A stretch of DNA of 64,000 bases. Source: Treponemataceae bacterium (lineage in GTDB: Bacteria > Spirochaetota > Spirochaetia > Treponematales > Rectinemataceae). The stretch lies in NCBI GenBank assembly GCA_963678065.2, contig CAXXVZ010000003.1, positions 1,376,001 to 1,440,000 of the forward strand. Direction: 5' to 3'. Positions 56,478 through 64,000 of the stretch are shown in pieces; position 1 is the stretch's first letter, and each line of letters begins with the position of its first letter. The position numbers and the translations under genes are program-made. Below the pieces are notes generated by a model that was not told the origin of the DNA, made no database searches, and saw nothing but the letters and a program-made list of their open reading frames with translations.

Positions 56478-57190
56478 AAAGGTTCCTGATGTTCTTCAAG
56501 ACCGAGTTGAGACTTACGGCCCGCAGTCTCGACATGCTCGTGTTCGGCATCGGCTTTCCGGTGGGGCTCATGATCCTCCTCGGCTTCATCTCGGGTCCCG
56601 AGGCGCTCAGACTCGATTTCGGCGGCATCGTCTCGGTGGGCATCTGCGCTACCGGCCTCATGGGCCTTCCCCTCACGATTTCTGATTATCGCCACCGGAA
56701 GATCCTGAAGCGCCTGCGGGTGACGCCCGCGAGCCCCGCCATGCTCCTTGGCGCGCACACCCTCGTCCAGTTCCTGTTCTCTCTTGTCTCGTCGACTCTG
56801 GTCTTCCTCATCGCGCGCCTGGGCTTCGGCGTCGAGATCGCAGGCTCGCTCCCGCGCTTCGCCCTTTCGTATCTCTTCGTGACGGTCGCGATCTACGGGA
56901 TCGGATTTCTCGTCGCAAGCCTGTGTCCGAGCATGAAGGTCGCAAACGCGGTCGCCTCGCTTCTGTACTTCCCCATGCTCTTCCTCTCCGGCGCGACGAT
57001 ACCCTTCGAGATCCTGCCGCGCGGGCTCAGGGCCGCGGCCAACGTCTTCCCGCTCACGCAGGGCATAAAAATCCTCAAAGGGGCGGTGCTGGGCTCGCCG
57101 GTCGGCGACCTCGCACTGCCCGCCATCATCCTTTCCTGTGTAGCTATCGCGTCGTATAGTATTTCGATCAAATTCTTCCGCTGGGAATGA
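56474..57190 (+). CDS. ABC-2 type exporter permease
   Basis: TM helices, LKRLRVTP, FLSGA..P and FRWE terminus. Confidence 0.92.
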   Translation: MKRFLMFFKTELRLTARSLDMLVFGIGFPVGLMILLGFISGPEALRLDFGGIVSVGICATGLMGLPLTISDYRHRKILKRLRVTPASPAMLLGAHTLVQFLFSLVSSTLVFLIARLGFGVEIAGSLPRFALSYLFVTVAIYGIGFLVASLCPSMKVANAVASLLYFPMLFLSGATIPFEILPRGLRAAANVFPLTQGIKILKGAVLGSPVGDLALPAIILSCVAIASYSISIKFFRWE

Positions 57191-57220
57191 CGCAGGGAAT
57201 GACAGAATTCGGGAGGGCCC

Positions 57221-58039
57221 ATGTACCGCATCGGACAGTTTTCTAAAATCGGCAAGGTTACGGTGAAGGCTCTCCGCTTCTACGAGGAGGAGGGCCTCCT
57301 CGAGCCGCATTATATCGACGCATTGAGCGGCTACCGCTATTACGACTCGGGTCAGCTCCCGCGCATCCACAAGATCGTGGCCCTCAGGCAGTGCGGCTTC
57401 TCCATCCCCGAAATCCGGAAAATCATACACGACAGGAACATCCCGGCGCTGTTCGCTCAGCGCAAGCGGGAGCTGGAAATCGCCAGTCGCGAGACGGCCC
57501 TTCAGCTCTCGTCCATCAACTCCTACATCGAATCGCTTGAGGAGAGCGGCGCCATGAACTATCAGATCGTACTGAAGGATCTTCCGCGGGTCCTCGTCTT
57601 CAGCAAGCGCATGATCGTCAAGGGTTACGACAGCTATTTCTACGAGATACCCAGGATCGGCGAGGAAATCCTCGCGGCCAATCCCGGCCTGCGCTGCCTC
57701 GACGACCCGCCCTACTGCTTCATCGTGTACCTCGACGGCGAGTACAAAGAGGGAGATATCGACATCGAGTTCTGCGAGGCCGTCTACGAGGCGGGCATCG
57801 AGACCGAAACGATCAAATTCAAGACCATCCCCGCCGTCCCGACGGCCGCCTGCGTCCTCCACAAAGGCCCCTACTCCGAGCTCCGGCCCGCCTACGCCGC
57901 CGTCTTCAAGTGGATCGACGACAACGGCTACATTCCCACCGACAACCCGCGCGAGTCCTACATCGACGGAATCTGGAACAGAGAAGACCCCTCCGAGTGG
58001 CTCACCGAGGTCCAGGTGCCGATCAGAAGGCCGGGTTGA
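57221..58039 (+). CDS. MerR family regulator with GyrI-like effector domain (BmrR-like)
   Basis: MYRIGQFS...LRFYEEEGLL..GYRYY; HKGPY and RESY. Confidence 0.93.
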   Translation: MYRIGQFSKIGKVTVKALRFYEEEGLLEPHYIDALSGYRYYDSGQLPRIHKIVALRQCGFSIPEIRKIIHDRNIPALFAQRKRELEIASRETALQLSSINSYIESLEESGAMNYQIVLKDLPRVLVFSKRMIVKGYDSYFYEIPRIGEEILAANPGLRCLDDPPYCFIVYLDGEYKEGDIDIEFCEAVYEAGIETETIKFKTIPAVPTAACVLHKGPYSELRPAYAAVFKWIDDNGYIPTDNPRESYIDGIWNREDPSEWLTEVQVPIRRPG

Positions 58040-58045
58040 GCGGAT

Positions 58046-59011
58046 TCAAGGTCGCGCTCGGACGGCGGTCAATCCCCTGACCTGATCCAGCAATCGCGCA
58101 ACTTCGTGTTCTGCGGAAGCTTGAAAAATATACTCAAGACGGACAGCTTCCGGCAGGTGGACGGACAATACCAGCACGTCGCCATCCTTCCTTCCCAGAG
58201 ACAGATCCACGATTTTGTTCAAGGGGATATAGTCGGATATACCACCATACTTAGTGTCTCCGCTCTGCTTTTCATCTTCACTGATCATGATCAGCTCCCG
58301 ATCGGTGAGGATGCTCGCGTGGGTGGGGGAGATAGCTCTGTAGTATGTCTTGCCAAGAACGGTGAGCAGATTTACTCGGATTTCAGGCTGCAAAATGGCG
58401 TGGAGGACCGTTTCTTCTCCCAGCAAGCTGCGCCTCGCATAGTTCATGAACTTGTAGTTCAACGTGATCCAATGGTCGAACTTCGCCAGCTCCGAACTCC
58501 GGACGGCGCCCCTGAAATCCCCTGAGGCGAACCGTATCTTTTCCAGAATGGGCACAAATAGATAGTCCGTCACTGAATTGAACTTGATGGTAGAGGAAGC
58601 GGAAACGCCGTTTCGTGTCACGCCAGTTATTTTGATGCGGGAGTCCAAAAGGACGGTTCTGACTTGAACGAAACTGATCCCCTCCAGAGGATAGCATTGT
58701 GCCTCACATGTATTTCCCTTTCGTTCCAAAACGTGGATTTCGCGGCCCACATCGCAGACGAGTTTTTCGGTTGTCCTTCGGATGAACCCTTCGTAGGAAG
58801 GGGTGAGAAGCGCATAGGGAAGATCCCGTCCTTCCGCGCGCAGGGGCCCGAAGAAGGCGCTGTAAACATCGGGGACGGCGTCGTACGACTCAAGGGATCT
58901 GGCCCACGACAATTGTGTCTGTTCGGCCGCGCCCAGCGGTGACAGTCCGGCGATTGTCGGATCAAGTATTCGTCTCCACATCGCCCGCGGCATTTTTTTC
59001 GCAGCCTCCAT
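58046..59011 (-). CDS. Hypothetical protein
   Basis: 321-aa ORF with natural composition and lower GC than neighbours; no motif recognised. Confidence 0.6.
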   Translation of the reverse strand: MEAAKKMPRAMWRRILDPTIAGLSPLGAAEQTQLSWARSLESYDAVPDVYSAFFGPLRAEGRDLPYALLTPSYEGFIRRTTEKLVCDVGREIHVLERKGNTCEAQCYPLEGISFVQVRTVLLDSRIKITGVTRNGVSASSTIKFNSVTDYLFVPILEKIRFASGDFRGAVRSSELAKFDHWITLNYKFMNYARRSLLGEETVLHAILQPEIRVNLLTVLGKTYYRAISPTHASILTDRELIMISEDEKQSGDTKYGGISDYIPLNKIVDLSLGRKDGDVLVLSVHLPEAVRLEYIFQASAEHEVARLLDQVRGLTAVRARP

Positions 59012-59319
59012 TCATGCAGTTATACAATCCTGATATCACCGTCGGAATCGAAACGCAAGAGGCGGGGACGCTTGATCCATCCACTAGAAGAGTGAACGCG
59101 GTCATCGAAAAGCAGACACTGCCTCCGTATTTACTAAATTTTTATAATATTTTTTCTGCACTGTTCAATTCATTTTAGTAAACCAGCACCATGCCAATCT
59201 GTATGGTTCCGTCGGACAACATCGAAAAAACACAGAATTTCAAGACAGATAAAAAGACGCTTAATATGTAATGCTAAATAGAAATAACAAGTTTGTCTCT
59301 GTCTGAAAGAAAAAAATGC

Positions 59320-59347
59320 TTGACAGGGTTGGAAACAGTGGTATAGT
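59320..59347 (+). promoter_or_regulatory. sigma70-type promoter (TTGACA-16-TATAGT, extended TG)
   Basis: TTGACA 59320-59325, TG 59339-59340, TATAGT 59342-59347; A-tract upstream. Confidence 0.7.
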
Positions 59348-59577
59348 TGAACAAGCGTGACTGAAAATCCAACTTAATTTTAGTAAAATTTTTTAATGTG
59401 AAGTAGTTGGATAAAATTCACAACTGGCGTTGCCGGATGTGAGGGCCACTACTCGATGGATGGGCCGATGGATGTGCGGGGAACAGGAGTTTCGGCAGCG
59501 CGGCTTTTATAGTGCCCCAGCCAACCGCAGTGGTGCTTGTCAGTCAGTCATATCACGAAACTACAGGAGTGAAAGGC

Positions 59578-60867
59578 ATGAGGAAAAACAAGACCTTGCG
59601 AAAGTGTCTCATGGTGGCAGTATTGCTGGCAGCTGTTGCAGGCTCGCTTGTCGCACAGACCAAAGACCAACCCTATAAAGGAACGACGATCAACTTTATC
59701 GGGTTCGGAGCCGAGTGGACCAACAACATGGTCGCCAATCTCGATGACTTCAAGGCGAAAACCGGCATCGAAGTGAATTTCCAGCAGCTGGCCAACGACC
59801 AGCTCAGCAACAAGATCGCGATCAGTTCGGCAGCCAGAAGCAAGGATCTCGACGTAGTCGCGTACAGACCGCTGCAGGAAACCTTGCTCTTCTCCAAGAA
59901 CGGCTGGCTCGAACCGCTGGACGATTACATCGCCAAGACTCCCGATTTCGCCATCAACGACTTTTTCAAGGCCGGGCGCGACATCAGCCTGAACGGCAAC
60001 GGCAAGCTGGTCGGAATCCCTGTCATGACCGAAAGGGAAATCGTATTTTACAACAAGGAATTGTTCGCCAAGGCCGGCATCAAGATCCCCAAAACGCTCG
60101 ATGAGCTCATGGATGCCGCGAAAAAACTGAACGATCCTTCCAAGGGTATCGCAGGCATCGCTATCCGCGGCAAGGGTTCCGACGCTGTCACCCAGTTCTC
60201 CAGCTTCCTCCGTTCCTTCGGCGGCGACTTCATCAAGGACGGCAAGGCCGTCATCAACACTCCCCAGGCCATTCAGGCATTCCAGTACTACGGCGACCTG
60301 CTGAGGCTGTACGGTCCCCCCGGCGTCCTCAACATGGGCTGGACCGAGACACAGACCCTCTTCACCCAGGGAAGGGCCGCGATGAGAATCGACGCGGACA
60401 GCCAGTGGGGTTTCGCCTCGGAAAAGAAATCCTCGCTCATCTACGACAAAGTCGGCTACTTCACCTTCCCCGCCGGTCCTGCCGGCGCGGCTCCGTACAA
60501 TATCGTCGCCTGGGATCTCGGAATCAGCTCCTATTCGGCCAACAAGGGAGCGTGCTGGGAGTTCATCAAGTGGGTTATGGGCAAAGAGATGGATGTCAAG
60601 GCCCAGCTTCGCGGCAATCCGAGCACACGCACCTCCACATGGACCAATCCCGAGGCGAGCAAGAATTTCCCCGCCGAACTGGTCAAAGTCATCAACGAGA
60701 CGAATCCTCTGGGTGTGAGCACCGACAGGCCCTACATGATCAATGTCGGCGAGGCGCGGACAATAATCGGCACTGTCATCGTCGACGCCATCAACGGAAA
60801 GGATGTCGCGGCGTCGGCAAATAAGGCGAACATCGAATTCCAGAAACTGCTCGACAAGGAAAAATAA
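59578..60867 (+). CDS. Carbohydrate ABC transporter substrate-binding protein
   Basis: Signal peptide ending VAQ and FYNKELF. AGGAG RBS. Confidence 0.95.
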   Translation: MRKNKTLRKCLMVAVLLAAVAGSLVAQTKDQPYKGTTINFIGFGAEWTNNMVANLDDFKAKTGIEVNFQQLANDQLSNKIAISSAARSKDLDVVAYRPLQETLLFSKNGWLEPLDDYIAKTPDFAINDFFKAGRDISLNGNGKLVGIPVMTEREIVFYNKELFAKAGIKIPKTLDELMDAAKKLNDPSKGIAGIAIRGKGSDAVTQFSSFLRSFGGDFIKDGKAVINTPQAIQAFQYYGDLLRLYGPPGVLNMGWTETQTLFTQGRAAMRIDADSQWGFASEKKSSLIYDKVGYFTFPAGPAGAAPYNIVAWDLGISSYSANKGACWEFIKWVMGKEMDVKAQLRGNPSTRTSTWTNPEASKNFPAELVKVINETNPLGVSTDRPYMINVGEARTIIGTVIVDAINGKDVAASANKANIEFQKLLDKEK

Positions 60868-60894
60868 TCAGGCCCGACAAGGAATGTCTTTAGT

Positions 60895-60931
60895 AGTGTT
60901 GCGGTTCCGTTTCGCGCGGGGCCGCAACACT
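60895..60931 (+). terminator. Stem-loop after SBP gene
   Basis: agtgttgcgg...ccgcaacact. Confidence 0.65.
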
Positions 60932-60963
60932 GTCATATCACGACTGACACGAGGGTACGAAAC

Positions 60964-61845
60964 TTGATTTTGAAATGGATCGACAGGAACCTCAAATACA
61001 TATTCACGTTGCCCACGGTTTTTTTTGTGTTGGCGATGATTCTGTTTCCCTTGTTGTACACATTCAGGCTGAGTTTTTTCGAATGGGGCATGTCCAACAA
61101 TATTCCGCTGAAATGGGTGGGCTTCGGCAATTTCATCTCATTGTTCACCGATGAAAGATTCATTTCGGCATTTTTCAGGACATTCATTTTTTCCGGCGGC
61201 GCACTCGTCGTCGAAGTGCTCCTCGGCGTCTCGATAGCCCTTTTCCTCAACAGGGATTTCATGGGGAAATCCGCTGTGAAGACACTGTTCCTGTTGCCTA
61301 TGGTCGCAACGCCTGTAGCCATCGGCCTCGTGTGGACCCTGATCTATGAGCCGACGATCGGCATCGCGAATCTGGTGCTCGCCAAATTCGGCGCCGCCCC
61401 CCTCATCTGGCTCGGCGCGGAAAAGACAGCCCTTGTTTCGCTCATCATCATCGATATCTGGCAGTGGACTCCCATGATAATGCTCATCACCCTCGCAGGA
61501 ATCACTTCCCTGCCGGCCGAACCTTTTGAATCGGCGCTCGTCGACGGAGCCTCGAAGGTGCAGATGCTCTTCAAGATAACGCTTCCGCTCCTCCGCTCCA
61601 CGATTCTCGTGGCGATACTGCTCAGGCTGATAGATGTGCTGAAAACCTTCGATATCATCTACTCGACGACGCAGGGCGGCCCCGGTTTCGCCACTGAAAC
61701 GATGAATATCCTGGCATTCAAGAATGCTTTCGAATATTTCCAGTTCGGAAAAGCTTCGGCGACATTGGTCATTTTCTTCATTATCGTTTTGTCTATCGCT
61801 GTTCTATTCGTAAAAATAAAGAACAGAGTGGAGATTGATAACTGA
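60964..61845 (+). CDS. Carbohydrate ABC transporter permease
   Basis: WQWTP, ESALVDGA and TQGGPG; TTG start. Confidence 0.93.
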   Translation: MILKWIDRNLKYIFTLPTVFFVLAMILFPLLYTFRLSFFEWGMSNNIPLKWVGFGNFISLFTDERFISAFFRTFIFSGGALVVEVLLGVSIALFLNRDFMGKSAVKTLFLLPMVATPVAIGLVWTLIYEPTIGIANLVLAKFGAAPLIWLGAEKTALVSLIIIDIWQWTPMIMLITLAGITSLPAEPFESALVDGASKVQMLFKITLPLLRSTILVAILLRLIDVLKTFDIIYSTTQGGPGFATETMNILAFKNAFEYFQFGKASATLVIFFIIVLSIAVLFVKIKNRVEIDN

Positions 61846-62675
61846 TGACGTACTCAAGAAAAACCGGAACGATGCTCTGGAGCATATTCTTCTACGTCGT
61901 GTTGGTCGCGATCCTGTTCTGCGCGATCTTTCCCTTTCTCTGGATGATCCTGGCATCGTTCAAGAACATGGTCGATCTGCTCAATACCAACAAGCTGTTC
62001 TCGTTCAAACCGACCTTCGACAATTATCTCGATGTCTTCGGCAAATACAAATTCCTGAAGCCCATGCTCAACAGCCTGTATATCGGATTGGCCTCGACGG
62101 GGCTGGCATTGTTTTTCGGCCTGCCGACGGCATATTCCATAGCCCGGGAAAAACAGACCATGCTGGCGTCCATCATCCTGATCATAAGGATCATACCGGC
62201 CATTACATTCCTGGTGCCCTGGTACATCCTTTTTATGAAAGTCAATCTGGTCGGCACCTATACGTCCCTCATCCTCGCCCACCTCCTCATAGCATTGCCG
62301 CTCATAATCTGGATAATGGTTCCCTACTTCGAATCCATGCCGAGAGAGCTCGAGCAGGCTGCCTGGGTGGACGGCTGTTCCAGGATCGGCACATTCATAC
62401 GGATCATGCTCCCCCTCTCCGCTCCCGGGGTCCTGACGGCGTCTCTGCTGGCCTTCATTTTTTCCTGGAACAACTTCATCTTCGCCCTCGTGCTGTGCAA
62501 CAACAAGACTAAAACCATTCCTACAGCTGTTTTCAACTTCATCTCCTACACCGAAATAAACTGGTCGGGTCTGATGGCCGCAGCAGTCGCGATCACCGCG
62601 CCGATCCTCCTCATCTCCCTCGGGCTGCAGAAATACATCATCAAGGGCATGACTGCCGGCGCTGTAAAAGGATGA
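61845..62675 (+). CDS. Carbohydrate ABC transporter permease
   Basis: EQAAWVDG, SWNNF and GAVKG. Confidence 0.95.
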   Translation: MTYSRKTGTMLWSIFFYVVLVAILFCAIFPFLWMILASFKNMVDLLNTNKLFSFKPTFDNYLDVFGKYKFLKPMLNSLYIGLASTGLALFFGLPTAYSIAREKQTMLASIILIIRIIPAITFLVPWYILFMKVNLVGTYTSLILAHLLIALPLIIWIMVPYFESMPRELEQAAWVDGCSRIGTFIRIMLPLSAPGVLTASLLAFIFSWNNFIFALVLCNNKTKTIPTAVFNFISYTEINWSGLMAAAVAITAPILLISLGLQKYIIKGMTAGAVKG

Positions 62676-62705
62676 GGCCCGGTCCGACAATTCGAGGCGG
62701 AATAC

Positions 62706-64000
62706 ATGGAAGCAAGACCTGATTCGCGCAGTCAGCGCGTGACGTCGAGACCGCTGTGGTCCAATGTGAGGGCTCTGTATAAATCGATGGGGTACAGCGA
62801 TTACGATCTCGAAAGGCCCCTCATCGGCATAGCCAATTCGTGGAACCGCGCGACGCCTGGGCATTACAACCTGAATGCGGTATCCGAATACGTGAAGCAG
62901 GGTATCCTCCAGGCGGGAGGAACTCCGGTCGAATTCGGCATCATCGGACCATGCGACGGCGTGGGAGTCGGGAACGTGGGAATGAATTACATCCTTCCTG
63001 CGCGCGACATCATCGCCAACGAAGTCGAGATAATGGTCCAGGCCCACCGTCTGGACGCGGTCGTCCTTCTGGGTTCATGCGACAAGATAGTCCCCGGGCT
63101 TCTGATGGCCGCTGCCCGCCTCGACCTTCCGGCCATTCTTGTCGTCGGCGGCCCCATGTTGGGAGGAATCGAATTCGATGGCAGGTCCTCCGACAACTCA
63201 TCCATCGCCGAAGCCCTCGGCATGCTCCAGGAAGGCCGAATCACTCAGAAGGAATACGATATTCTGGAAGACAAATCGATGCCGTGCTGCGGTTCCTGCT
63301 CATTTTTGGGGACAGCCAACACGATGGCTGCGGTGACCGAGGCGCTGGGCATGTGTCTGCCGGGCAGCGCCGCGATTCCGGCCGTCATGGCGGACCGTCT
63401 CCGCGCCGCCCAGGCCTCGGGACGCAGGATCGTCGACATGGTGGAGAAGAACCTGACGGCCCGCAGGATCATCAATAAAGAAGGCCTGGAAAATGCGTTG
63501 CGACTCGGGATGGCGATTGGCGGCTCGACGAATCTCGCCCTCCACATTCCGGCGATCGCCTACGAAGCGGAATGCGATGTTTCTCTCGCGACGATAGATG
63601 CCGTCTCCCGTTCCACGCCGCATATCGCGAGGATTTATCCGGCGGGAACATGCAATGTCCCCGATTTTCATGCCGCGGGCGGCGTCCCGGCCGTCATGAA
63701 GCAACTTGAACCCATTCTGAATCTCGACGCTGTGACCTGCGCAGGCAAAAGCTGGCGCGAGGTGCTGAAGGACTTGCCCGCGGTCGAGAACGAGGTTATC
63801 CGTCCTTTCGGCAATCCCTGGCATCCCTGGGGCAGCCTCGGCATACTGAGAGGGAATTTGGCTCCTTCGGGCGCCGTCACGAAGCCTATCGCCATAGACG
63901 AAAGCATGCGGGTCTTCCGCGGAACAGCCGCCTGCTTTGACTCCGAAGAAGAAGCGACGGAAGCCTTGCAGGCAGGCCGGGTAAAAGCCGGAATGGTGCT
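62706..64000 (+). CDS. IlvD/Edd family dihydroxy-acid (probably sugar-acid) dehydratase, 3'-truncated
   Basis: Hand translation (absent from the ORF track): MEARPDS...RPLIGIANSW..PGH, PCDG, CDKIVPG, CGSCSFLGTANTM, GGSTN and LRGNLAP. Confidence 0.92.
   Translation, partial: MEARPDSRSQRVTSRPLWSNVRALYKSMGYSDYDLERPLIGIANSWNRATPGHYNLNAVSEYVKQGILQAGGTPVEFGIIGPCDGVGVGNVGMNYILPARDIIANEVEIMVQAHRLDAVVLLGSCDKIVPGLLMAAARLDLPAILVVGGPMLGGIEFDGRSSDNSSIAEALGMLQEGRITQKEYDILEDKSMPCCGSCSFLGTANTMAAVTEALGMCLPGSAAIPAVMADRLRAAQASGRRIVDMVEKNLTARRIINKEGLENALRLGMAIGGSTNLALHIPAIAYEAECDVSLATIDAVSRSTPHIARIYPAGTCNVPDFHAAGGVPAVMKQLEPILNLDAVTCAGKSWREVLKDLPAVENEVIRPFGNPWHPWGSLGILRGNLAPSGAVTKPIAIDESMRVFRGTAACFDSEEEATEALQAGRVKAGMV

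Noticed and set aside
15542..62675. Three sugar ABC systems without an ATPase gene
   Set aside because: This is common: CUT1 importers often share an MsmX/MsiK-type ATPase encoded elsewhere.

Overview
GC-rich bacterial chromosomal window. It may be from a free-living anaerobic spirochaete (inference from SBP signal-peptide style and gene content; not demonstrable here). It has five blocks. (1) 0.85-23 kb: a mostly minus-strand catabolic locus with a CUT1 sugar ABC importer, ROK and GntR/UTRA regulators, two Gfo/Idh/MocA and two PtmA-like SDR oxidoreductases, a class III aminotransferase, an AKR, two NanA/DHDPS-family lyases, an HpcH aldolase, divergent NagA/NagB, an FGGY kinase, a ceramidase-like hydrolase, YhcH/NanQ, a URO-D-like protein and a V4R-like pair. 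I infer a catabolic route for an unusual amino-sugar acid, possibly bacterial nonulosonic acids. (2) 23.5-44.4 kb: an 11-gene purine catabolism operon (ade, xdhAB, cyclic amidohydrolase, ygfK, ssnA, ygeY, two fold-II PLP enzymes, 8-oxoguanine-deaminase-like, ygfM, xdhD). It looks like a variant of the anaerobic 2,8-dioxopurine urate pathway without recognisable ygeW/ygeX/carbamate kinase, and it has a structured leader. (3) A RAYT tyrosine transposase whose flanking motif CTGGGGACAGTGCTCG recurs inside several nearby protein-coding genes. (4) 45.3-55.6 kb: oxidative aldose/galactonate-type catabolism with a two-component system and ABC importer. (5) A BmrR-like MerR/ABC efflux unit, a hypothetical gene, a third sugar ABC importer and a truncated IlvD/Edd dehydratase. 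No rRNA, tRNA or CRISPR array was seen. Start codons were re-called from RBS and stop/start overlap evidence, and motif scans were done by eye.
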